Below the pieces are notes generated by a model. It did not search any database, was not told where the DNA came from, and saw nothing but the letters and a program-made list of their open reading frames with translations. 64,000 nt of DNA from Antechinus flavipes (Eukaryota). The position numbers were made by a program, and so were the translations under genes. The DNA lies in contig NC_067401.1 in assembly GCF_016432865.1 (NCBI RefSeq), forward strand, positions 185,752,001 to 185,816,000. Reading direction: 5' to 3'. Positions 22,720 through 32,900 of the stretch are shown here, piece by piece (positions within the stretch are counted from its first letter, which is position 1; each line of letters starts with the position of its first letter).

Positions 22720-25343
22720 ATGGCAAACTCAGGTCTTCAGCTGTTGGGGTTCACCATGGCAGCTCTGGGGTGGGTGGGATTGATAGCCTGCACCGCGATC
22801 CCTCAGTGGCAGATCAGCTCCTATGCAGGGGACAACATCATTACTGCCCAGGCGGTGTACAAGGGGCTATGGATGGAATGCATCAGCCAGAGTACGGGCC
22901 TCATCAGCTGCAAGATGTACGACTCAGTCCTCGCTCTACCTGGTGAGGCTGGGGAGCACTGGTTGCTTGGGTCCTGAGGGTGGGAGGGAAGGGTGGGAAG
23001 TGAAGGAGCTGGGGGTTACAATGGAGGTGATCTAAACTCCCGGAGGGAAAGCCACTGTGGGAGAAGTTTACAAGTTTAGAGACTAACGACTCAAATTGAA
23101 GTGTCTGGTTGAGGGAGGAGTTGGAGGGAAGCTAGGATAAATATGGAGGCAAATGGCTGAAGTGAGGAGGGAAGCAAGCTGAGGTGGTGGGGATTGGGGA
23201 CATCTGAGGTGAGTGGGCCTGGGGAGGAAAGGGCTGAAAGATCTCATATTGAAGGAGGGACGAAATTACGCTTGTTTACCAAAGCAGAAGTGGAATATTC
23301 TCTACAGAGCTCTCACTTCCGATTTCTCTCTTTCCCTATCTTCATCCTGCCCCACTTGCTATAAAACTCAAGTTTGATGTCCTTCTAGCTCCTCACCCAC
23401 CTACTTCTAGTCCCTTTAATTTCTACCCTTTTCTCTTGCACTAAGTGAGGGCCTTAGAGGCCACCTAGAAGAGAGGGATCAGAAAGTAAAAGGATGAGGG
23501 TGGTTTAAAGTATGGAAGTTTGGGCCCTGTTCCTTTGCTCATGAGCCTGGGTGGGAGCTGAACAACCCAGGGTAAGGAACCTGATGTCTCAGCTAGTAAG
23601 GACATCCAAGAACTAGAAAGCAACGGGAATATTGAGGGCCGAATGCCCGAGTCTTTGAGAGTCAGAGCCTGCTGCCTGTGGCCTCTAATCTTATCTCACC
23701 GATTAGTTATAGTAACAAGAACCCGAGGTTACAGATAGTGGGGCCAGAGGGAGGTCAAAAGGGTGGGGCTCAATACATGGAGTCCCGGCCAGACTGGGCT
23801 TCGGGGTCTTTGGAGGGGCTTGCTCTGCTTCCCTGGTCAGTTTCACCGAAACTTGGGCGCCCCGGGCGTAGTCCAGGAGAGGAGGTGAGGCTTCTCGGGC
23901 GGGGCTGGGACTAAACAGGAAGGCTCAGGTGCGGGAGGAGGGGGCAGGAATTGCAGAGGAAGTAACAGGTTACTACTGGCTGGGGACCAGGAAAAGAGTT
24001 GTGAAGAGGTTCCAGGACTGAATACGTGAACAAAATTGGAATCTGGGATTGGATGGGGAGGATCCAGAAGTTAGGGATGTTAGGTCTGTGGGAGAGCTGA
24101 AAGATATTCTAAAGGTACATAGATCAATGAGAGGAGGATTTAGAAGGCTGTTCCCTATGGAGAAAACTGGAATATTTCGATTCGGCCAGGAAATGGGTGC
24201 CTTTGGCCTAAGCTAATTTTTCTACTCAGTAAAACCCCTTACTTGGGTGTAATAAGGTCTAATATCGAATCCAAGACATAGAATGACACGTATAACAGAT
24301 CTTGCCCTTGAAGTAATTTACACTTAGATAGCTACTTTGAGGAAAATTGTAAGCACTATGTAAACTAAAAATGTGAACTATTAATTATAGCCCAACATGG
24401 AGAAGGCATGAACACAGTTTAAGTTACACAATGGAGAATGTTTGCCAATAAGCAGCTGCGGAAAAGGCATGGTATAGCCTTGCTAGATGTAATTTCCTCA
24501 CCTCCAGGAATTCCCTCTATAAATAAAATCACAGGTCTTGGTCCCTTCCCCTAAGCAAGCCAATGACAATAAGCCTTCCTTTTGTTAGCTTCAATGCAGG
24601 CCACCCGGGCCTTAATGGTTGTCTCCCTGGTTTTGGGCTTTCTGGCCATGATGGTAGCTGCCATGGGCATGAAGTGTACACGATGTGGAGGTGATGACAA
24701 GGTGAAGAAAGCTCGAATTGCTATGACAGGCGGTATTGTCTTCATTGTGGCTGGTGAGCAGTTTTTGTCTCCTTCCCCATACTCATAGTTTCCCCTCCCT
24801 GAAGCCCCATCTCCTCTTTCCTAAGCCTGCTAACAGGCTAGTAGTATTGCTCTAGCGTGGAACTTATAACCTCTAAAGATTGTAGTGAGGTAGTGGGTCA
24901 AGGGATTCATAGGACCTCTGAATCCATTATTCCTTTCCTAATTAGGTCTTGCTGCCCTCATTGCTTGTTCCTGGTATGGACACCAGATTGTAACAGATTT
25001 TTATAATCCATTGGTCCCTATGAATACTAAGTAAGTATTGGACTCCATCTGGGTACCTAGGGTGACAAATGGAAATAGGAATTCATGGGAGTGTTGCAGA
25101 AAGACTGATGGAGTGGTTAGGGCTTATAGGCCAAATAACTGGGTACTTTTGATCATAATCCTTTCTGCCTCTCTCCACAGGTTTGAATTTGGCTCTGCCA
25201 TTTTTATTGGCTGGGCTGGCTCTGCCCTAGTTTTCTTGGGGGGTGCCCTCCTCTCTTGCTCGTGTCCAGGTAGTGAAGGCAAAGCAGGGTACCGGCCCCC
25301 ACGGTCTTATCCCAAGCCCAGTTCCGCTAAGGAGTATGTCTGA
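22720..25343 (+). CDS. CLDN7: Claudin-7, 211 aa, 4 coding exons
   Basis: Exons 22720-22942, 24589-24753, 24946-25030, 25181-25343; total 636 nt. [11 protein letters not shown] start, W-GLW-C-C claudin signature, CSC palmitoylation cysteines, PDZ-binding end EYV. Confidence 0.98.
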
Positions 25344-25582
25344 AAGAGCTGGGTTTCCTATATATGTCCCCTCACTCCAGCCCACCAAGGTCAGGGCTCT
25401 GAAATATAATTCAAGACAGGAATGAATGAGGAGGAAACCAGAAGAGAAATCTGAGCCAGTGGGGAAGGAGGGCAGAGTTCTCCAAGCCCTTCCATCTACA
25501 AATGATTTAATCTACCAAAAGCCAGGGGAATGGGGAAGGGAATATGGGAAGTAAAGGGTAAGAACTGTTCTTTTTGTATAAT

Positions 25583-25588
25583 AATAAA
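25583..25588 (+). terminator. CLDN7 polyadenylation signal
   Basis: AATAAA 240 nt after the stop, followed by a T-rich element. Confidence 0.75.
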
Positions 25589-27432
25589 GAAGTTTGTTTT
25601 GGATCTTGCCTATTTTCCACTGGGGCTGGCCAGCTAATATCTGCCCTTGCTCATTCACCTCTATTCAGCCTTTGCTATTCTTTCCCCAAAGTATTCAGCC
25701 TCTATTTCAACCTGAAGTTCCATACCTATTTGCTTGCTTAATTCTTATATTGATTCTTTCCTAAGTTTTCCTGAATTAATTTGGACTCATTTCCAAAACC
25801 ATTCCCCGACCCATGGCTCTCGTATCTCATTCTTTGCAAAGATTTAAAAGGTTTAGCTCTCTCCAGTATATAGTCTCATTGTCTAGCTTTCTGTAAAAAA
25901 AGCTTTTTTTTTTTTTTTTTTTTTGGGGGGGGGGGAGAATATGAAATGTCTCACTACTTGCATGAAGCCCATCATACTTCTCTCTCTAGGAAGGAATTGC
26001 CCTACTGAAAAAGGTCGGTGATATCTGAGGAAAAAAAAAAAGATGTAGACAGTAAAAAGATTAAAGTAAAAAGGTATCAGAAAGGACATCTTCTAGTCCT
26101 AACAAATCCTATGCAAATATCAGGCAGATGCTAACATAAGTCTCATCATATACAATCTGTCTTCATTCAGTTGGACCTACTGGGCCCCAAAAGGAGAAAA
26201 ACAATCTAATTGGTATGAATAGAATCTGTCATTCCACTCTGAGTACAAGTGATGGAATGAGAGAGATTCCAGTCATTATACCCACAATCTCTTCTCTTAA
26301 ACCTAGTATTTTAGTTATGTTTCCTAGAGTTTCTGGTTAGAATTCCCTTGGACTTCCTTGAGGTAGGAATGAAGAAAAGTCCTACCTTAAACAGAGTAAC
26401 ACTTGTGTATAAAGCCCTTACAAGAGTATGCTTTCCTCTAGTCATTGGTTATCACTGCTAGTTAAGAATGCCTCTCTTCTTTTTTTTCTAAATTGAGAAA
26501 AGTTACTCTTTTGATTAATAGTGAAATTGAGTGAAAAATAAAATTTATTTTTAATTATTTATGGTAACAACTTCAGCTACATCATTCTCTAATATAGAAT
26601 GCCTTACTTCAAAGAGACCCCAGTTCCTTTCCAGCCACAACTGCTTAAAAATACTATATAATGTATGTGGTGAGTCATTTCAAGGGCAATTTTAACTAAA
26701 TCACTTTGATTTACACACTGATTTTAGAACCTAATCTACAAGTTGAAGTATGACTATACTATATAGCTGCAGCTCATAGTCAAGGTTAGTCAGGATTCAG
26801 TCATTCATCAGCATCATCAGATGTCCAGGTCACTGACTGATTCTTCCTGGTAGTCATCAGAATTAAGACCCATAAAATATATGTAATAAGATCAGTGGAA
26901 GAGACAAAGATAGTTGCCTAAGGAGAAAAAAGAAAAAACAAGTGTTAGAATGAAGAGATATTTAAGGCTTTACACAGTATACGGCTCCAGGGCTATTCTT
27001 TTGAGTCCCTTCATCTGGGATACTTGTAATATTGTTATGGGTAGGTCTTATTTCTGCAACACGAAGGGAGGAATGGTGGTTTTGATAAAGCTTTTTTCTC
27101 CTAGTGGCCACAAAATGAAACAAGTATTTAATAATAGTCATCAAATGCCACTCTACCTGGAGCTTTCTAAAAAGATGATATTAAGTGTTTTGTTGTTTAC
27201 TGTGTTTCTTCCTTCCCCCTCCCCCCCCCCCCCCCCCCAAGTATCTAGCCCAGGTTGTGTTCCAAAACTTTATGGTGGTAAGAGTGGGAGTGGGAGCTTA
27301 CAACTTCCTTTTCCTCAGTTCTTGCTTACCCATCCCTGGGCACTTGAGGAGCCACTCCCCAAACATGTCTTTAGCTAGGGAAGGACTTTAGTCTCTATAG
27401 AGGCTGAGAGGTTAATCAGTAACTTTTACTTT

Positions 27433-27660
27433 AGGCAACTAGATGATTTCAGTGGAGAGTGCTGGACTTGGAATCAGGAAGATCTGAGTTCAAAGTCAGC
27501 CTCAGATACTTATTAGTGGTGAGATCCTGAAAAAGTCTCTCAACCTCAGTTTGCTTTTTTGTAAAATGGAGATAATATTACCTACCTTATATTGTGAAGA
27601 CCAAATTAGCTAATATATGTAAAAAATTCTGCAAAACCTCTAAGTATTATAAATGCTAGC
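27433..27660 (+). mobile_element. MIR/MAR1-family SINE in pseudogene intron 7
   Basis: GAGTGCTGGACTTGGAATCAGGAAGATCTGAGTTCAAA...CTCAGTTT..TGTAAAATGG core. Confidence 0.8.
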
Positions 27661-28696
27661 AGTTTTACTCTACCACCTGAGACACAGATATCTATTCCTA
27701 ATATCCTCAGTATTATTTCCTAGTTCCAATATCTTAAGGAACATTACTTTTCCAAACTGAATTGGAAGGGCAGAGCCAAGATGTCCCAGGCTTTCCTTTT
27801 CTTCTGGGATAGGCAGAGATTAAAGGTCAAATCTCATGGATTCCACACCTATGGGAACAGAGTATGATGAGAATTTGCCTCATCCTTTAATCTTCCCACC
27901 CTCAAATTCTTTTAATTCTCCTAGGATATTACCCCTTACCTCTTCAATCATCAGACAATGCTTTTTAAAGCTCTCCTTCATCAATTACATGAACTTGCAG
28001 AAACTGGATACATCCTATAGTCCTGGGGGTGAGAAGCTTTTTCAGTAGGACTGGGAATTCCTATACTGAAATTGGGCAGGATGGCTAACTAATGAATCTA
28101 AATGAAAATTATCAGAAAGCAAAGGATTAGAAGGGAAGAGAAGCATTTAGAACAAAAATATGGCTACCAGAACGGTTCCACCTCTGCCCCCATGCTCTCT
28201 CAAATTCACTATATGATTTTACCACTTCTTCCTCATTCTTTATTCCTAATCCTAACAATGGATTGCTCTTTATCCCCATCTCCCAAATACCACCTGCTTT
28301 ATTCTCTTCCTTTTTCTTGTATTATCCTAAATATATATAGTCCTTCTGCAGACTTGTCCTCCAATTCTCTTTTTGGTAAAGATCTGACCAGTAAAGTATT
28401 GCTCTCCTAATTTGTCCAAAGGCCCACCTTTATCTTGCCATTTCAACCTAGGCCAAAATATTCAAGGAACCCAAGAGATGTAACTCATGCATGTCCTCAT
28501 AGAGCAGTTGTACCACAAAAACTTAGCATATTCTGGAGAAAGATGGGGAAAAGGCAAACAGAATATGAGTGAACTGAGGATATTATTAAGAGTAGGTTAG
28601 GGTAGCACAGAAAAACAGGATGCACAGAAACAAAGAAGCAACAAAGGAATGTGAAAGGCCTGTTGCAGGCCAGGAAGAGGGATCCTTTTCAAGCAT

Positions 28697-28860
28697 ATTT
28701 TTATTTATTTCATTAAACAATTACATTTAAATTTTTACTTAATGTTTTAAAAAATGTTAAGTTTCAAATTTTCTTCCTCCTTCCTATTCTTTATCCACAG
28801 TCTGAGAAGGCAAGCAATACGATATCAATTACATGGGTGAAGTGATGCAAAACATAAAGA
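28697..28860 (-). mobile_element. Old marsupial L1-type 3' end fragment
   Basis: T-rich tail on the left; GAAGGCAAGCAATACGATATCAATTAC...ATGCAAAACAT motif. Confidence 0.55.
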
Positions 28861-29199
28861 GGGAACTTGTTCCTGGCAGGCTGATCTGGGATGAAGTATG
28901 AACAGATTTCTTGCCAAAACGAGTATGAGGTTCCCATGGCCCACTACAGAATCTGAAAGAGAAAAGAAGCTTTAGGGAGCAAGAAACAACATCTGGTTAA
29001 TCAAGTCCAAAGCAACGATGGTCAGACTCCAGACTCAAAAAAATTTTCTCAAAATTTCAAGGTCTCACTTCCTGCCCATCACAAATGGGTCTCTGAAAAC
29101 ATTGCAAAGAAAAGGAAAAATAGAAAAGAACAAAACCCCTTAAATTCTGAACTTAAACACTCAAAAGCATATAAAAGAACACAACAGAAACCCCAAATT

Positions 29200-29665
29200 C
29201 TATACATTATTTAAATTTTGTACTTTACTTTCAAAATTCTGTGCTTTTTCCCCCCTAAACTTTTTTCTGTACTTTTCTGTATATTTTTAAAGTTGCCCTC
29301 TTTTGCAACTATTGCTAACTTCCACTGCCTTCCAACTTAAAAAGCCAATAAGCAAAAGTAAGCAAAATGAACATCAACACAATGGCCATGTCAAAAAACA
29401 CATGTCTGTACCTTGTGCCTGTCACCTCTGTCAGGAACTGGGCAAAATATGCCTTAGTTTTTCTAGGTATGGTGGATCACTGCTTTAATCAGAATTCTTA
29501 AGGATTTCAAAGTTTTCTTTATAATCCTGCTGTTTTTGTAATGCTCATTCTGTATTAGTTGATAATACCCAAGATTAAATGATAGCATCTCTTTCATAAT
29601 TTCTTACAATGAACCAACATTCTCTTTCATTTTATACATCACAATTTGATCAGTCAATCCTAAGT
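29200..29665 (-). mobile_element. Old marsupial L1 3' end fragment
   Basis: Degenerate TTTCTTACAATGAACCAACATTC...ATACATCACAATTTGATCAGTCAATCC, similar to the L1 ends at 16 kb and 19 kb. Confidence 0.55.
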
Positions 29666-30169
29666 AATAATCTAAAATATTCTCTTAAAGTCTAATTCTT
29701 CTAGTTATCCCTTTTATTCTTTTATTTCCCCTTTAAGGCTCAAAAAATTACTTTTGCCCTTGACTATCCCCACCTCACCCTCTACAGCCTACATTTTAAT
29801 CAATTCTAAGGTCTTCCCCAATTCTAAGCTGGGTCTGCAACGTCTAAAACCATTAGGGAGCTCCCCTATGTGCTTTAGCCTTTCATATTTTTGTTAACCA
29901 ATCAACCAAATCAAATTTAATGAGTACCTATTAATGTTAATCATGAGAGGTATGGGAGATACAATAAAGAAACTGAGAAAATCAAGCTTTTTAAACATAA
30001 CTTGAATACAGTAATGAAAATTATATGTGGTATTATTAATTCAATAGGAAGAAAAAAGAGATCAGGCAACTTCATGAAACCGGTAGCATGCAAAGATGGG
30101 ATTTGAACAGGAATTCCAGCATGATCAAAGGAAGAGAAATAGGAAAAAAGGGTCAGAGAAGGGAAAGTG

Positions 30170-30300
30170 CATTTAGTAAACATCTACTATATATCAGGCC
30201 CTGGGCTAAGTACTTTACAAACATCTCATTTGATTTTCACAACAATTTATTAAGTGCTATTATTGTCCCCATTTTACATTTGGGGAAACAGAAGCATTTA
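30170..30300 (-). mobile_element. MIR fragment
   Basis: ATCTCATTTGATTTTCACAACAA...CCCCATTTTACATTTGGGGAAACAGAAGCA. Confidence 0.7.
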
Positions 30301-31119
30301 AATGAGAACACTGTGAAATGAAAAGAATACTAAGATGAATGAAATGGAGGGTACATGCCAGGAAGCTGTATATAAAAAGTGAAGCCAATTATGCGGGTCA
30401 AGAGATGGGTATAGGAAGCTTGAACTTGTTTCAAGAAGTGCAAATCTACAGTTTGGAAGAATTTGGCTTTGGTGAACAGCTTTTTTTTTCTCCTCCATTT
30501 ATTTGTCTTGGGGTACCAGTTAGATAGATTCTACCTGTTATTACTGCCTTTCTACTTATATGAATTTGATTTTTTTCCAAATCCTCTTTCAATGAAAGGA
30601 GCGGCACTACTCCAAGTTACGTATTGCTTTTTCTCCCAGGCTGTTGGTGTTCGAATCCAAACAGTCTTTAAATGCCTCTTCTTACCTTACTCAGCCCAGA
30701 AACTGAATCTACTTTCCTCTTCAAAAAGGTGGGATTTCAAGAGAGTTCCTTAAAGAAGACGGGTAAAAGACCCAAGGCGCTTAAGTGCTCAGAGTTACGT
30801 AGAAGGGATACTTTGATTCTCACTAAGGATTACTTCTAAAGCAGGTAGTGGCCCTCCCATGCAAACTCTAATAACAAGATGGAGAAGATTTGGAGACAGG
30901 AAGTATTTTGCTATAGGGTCAGCTCCAGTCAAACTTCATATACCAATACAAGAGCTCTCCTAACGCTCCAATACCAAAGCCTGTTTCTAAACTGTGCCTC
31001 TCAAACCGAGTTCAGTGCTGGAAACCATGCAGAGAGCCAGAAGTCCCGTATTTGGGGCCCACTTTACCACACCTCCTACCTCGCTTCCTCATTGCTCTTT
31101 CATCTGCACCATGACCTCT

Positions 31120-32900
31120 GAGAAAGCCCAAAGCGTCGTTGGCCCGGAGCAACTGTAGCATCTTTGTCCATTACTTGGCTTCCTTCCAGCTACAAGTCGC
31201 AGGTTGATGGCGTCAGGGAACTCGATCTTGACATGGGCCGACTAATTCTTCCTTCCTCGGTTCCAAGGCCCCTCTGAACATCATTGTGACGTCACCGGTC
31301 AGCTTCGGTAACGCAGGCGGTGCCCAGGCAAGACTGGGGTCCTGATCTTTGATTCTTTTCTAGAAATCTGAAATGGGATTTGGCGTGGGGAGGGACTCAA
31401 GAATTAAAATTCAAGGGTGCGGGGAAATACTTGGAAGGATCCTCGAACCTACCCCTAGGTGCCCACGAAAGGAAGTTATTACTGGAAGGAGTACAAGCAA
31501 ACGTAAAGATACAAGAGAGAAGTTGCCTGACTTTTGAACACCCAGCTTTTCTTTGAGCGGGGGAGGGGTGCATCTCAGTAGGTCACGCGGAAGAGCGTGA
31601 AAAACCGTTGGGGGCAGTTGAGGTTAGAGGGTGGGAGGAGGGGCGGCGCGTGCGCATCGCACTACTATATGCTAAAAAGCAAAGATCTAGGCCACAGCCT
31701 GAGAATACGTCACTCTTCTAGTCCCGCGCGCTTCTCTGATTTCCGGCTCAGAAGAAGTCGGGGGTGGAGGTAGAAGAGAAACCAATCCCCTTCCACCGAG
31801 ATCCAACCTGACAGTTCCTTTCCGGGGAGTGATTTAGTAGCTTCATTCTGGAGCTTGCGCAGTATAACCGGATGGGAGGCGATAAGTCCGAATGTAGCCT
31901 CTACCACCATTGCTGAATGTGGGTGGGTCGCCGGAAGTGATGTCAGAAGAGGAGGAGGCAAGGGGGAGAGGGAGGACTCTAGGCGGTAAAATGGCGCCTG
32001 TCAGGCCGGGGGATGTGGCGGCAGAGGCAGCGGCCCTGCTTCCGAGCGGTTAAGGCATCCCCCGAGTTTGGGGGGGGGGAGACCAGCTTTAGGCTTGCGC
32101 CTCATATTTCGTGGCTCCCCCTCCCCTCTTTCCGCACTCTCTCTCCTCATTCCCAGCTTCGCGCGCCCCGCTCTCCCAGCCCTTCCCTTCCTCCCGCCGG
32201 CTTTCCTGCACTCAGCCACCTAGTGCGCCTGCGCCGCGGGCTTCCCTCTTCCCTTCCCCCTCCCCCCCAATCTGCCCCCTTCCCTCGGTCCAAGGACCCT
32301 ACTCTAAAATATCTGCTCTTCATTTAGCACGTATCTTCCCTCCTTCTTTCAGAGTGCGCCTCCCGCGAGTCCTTAAGGACTTGCCACATCTTTCCTCTTA
32401 CTTCCTTGGAGACATTTCTCCCCTTTGGGGAGGACTTCTTTGAGCTGCATACCCACCGTGTTCTAGTTGTAGCTTGTTAGTGCTTAAACCCTATACCTTT
32501 CCCCTCCCAACTGCGGGAGGGGGAAGGGGAGGCACTGCCCCCTGGGGGCCTGGCTGAGCCGGGCCCCGGGGCCCCCAGGGCCGTCAGGGCCAGGGGCGTC
32601 GGGATGATGAGGACTCAATGTCTCCTGGGTCTGCGCACCTTCGTGGCCTTTGCTGCCAAGCTCTGGAGCTTCTGCCTGTATCTTCTGCGGAGACAGGTCC
32701 GAACGGTGAGACTGGGGTGTCAGGAAGCCGGCTGGAGCTCTTCCCCCCTTCCTTCTTCCCCCTCTTCTCCCCCCCCCTCCCCGCTGGATTTTGGGAGGAA
32801 CGAGAGAAGCAATCCGGAGTAATTGGTGGGCTATTTTCGTTGGGTCTAGGACAGGAGTTGGGTAAGCATGTATATTGTAAGATGGCCTGCTGGGGGAAAC
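31120..32900. promoter_or_regulatory. CpG-rich bidirectional promoter region shared by pseudo-ELP5 (-) and CTDNEP1 (+)
   Basis: Dense CpG; CRE TGACGTCA 31287-31294; NRF1-like GCGCGTGCGCAT about 31647; ETS CCGGAAGT 31931; YY1 AAAATGGCG 31988-31996. Confidence 0.75.

Larger units (their letters stand above)
26817..31161 (-). pseudogene. ELP5: Unprocessed syntenic ELP5 pseudogene with remnants of eight exons
   Basis: Exon remnants (minus): 31116-31161 MLQLLRANDALGFLR; about 30799-30867 FAWEGHYLL*K*; 30638-30718 GK*IQFLG*VR*EEAFKDCLDSNTNS; about 28915-29105 FRDPF..*DLEILRKFF*..TIVALDLINQMLFLAP*; about 28343-28532 *VFVVQLLYEDMHELHLLGSLNILA*VEMAR*; 27940-28022 (weak, positional only); 27748-27848 VWNP*DLTFNLCLSQKKRKAWDILALPFQFSLEK; 26817-26917 HIFYGS* then frameshift then DLDI*. 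Order, strand and location between CLDN7 and CTDNEP1 match human ELP5 as recalled. Confidence 0.9.

Noticed and set aside
28904-28952. Apparent ELP5 exon 2 (strong acceptor plus DSV..G and AAGAAATCTG)
   Set aside because: It lies within the continuous exon 4 alignment (TIVALD...VAHGN). A better exon 2 (WEG..LL) sits at 30799-30867 in the correct order, so this match is treated as coincidental.
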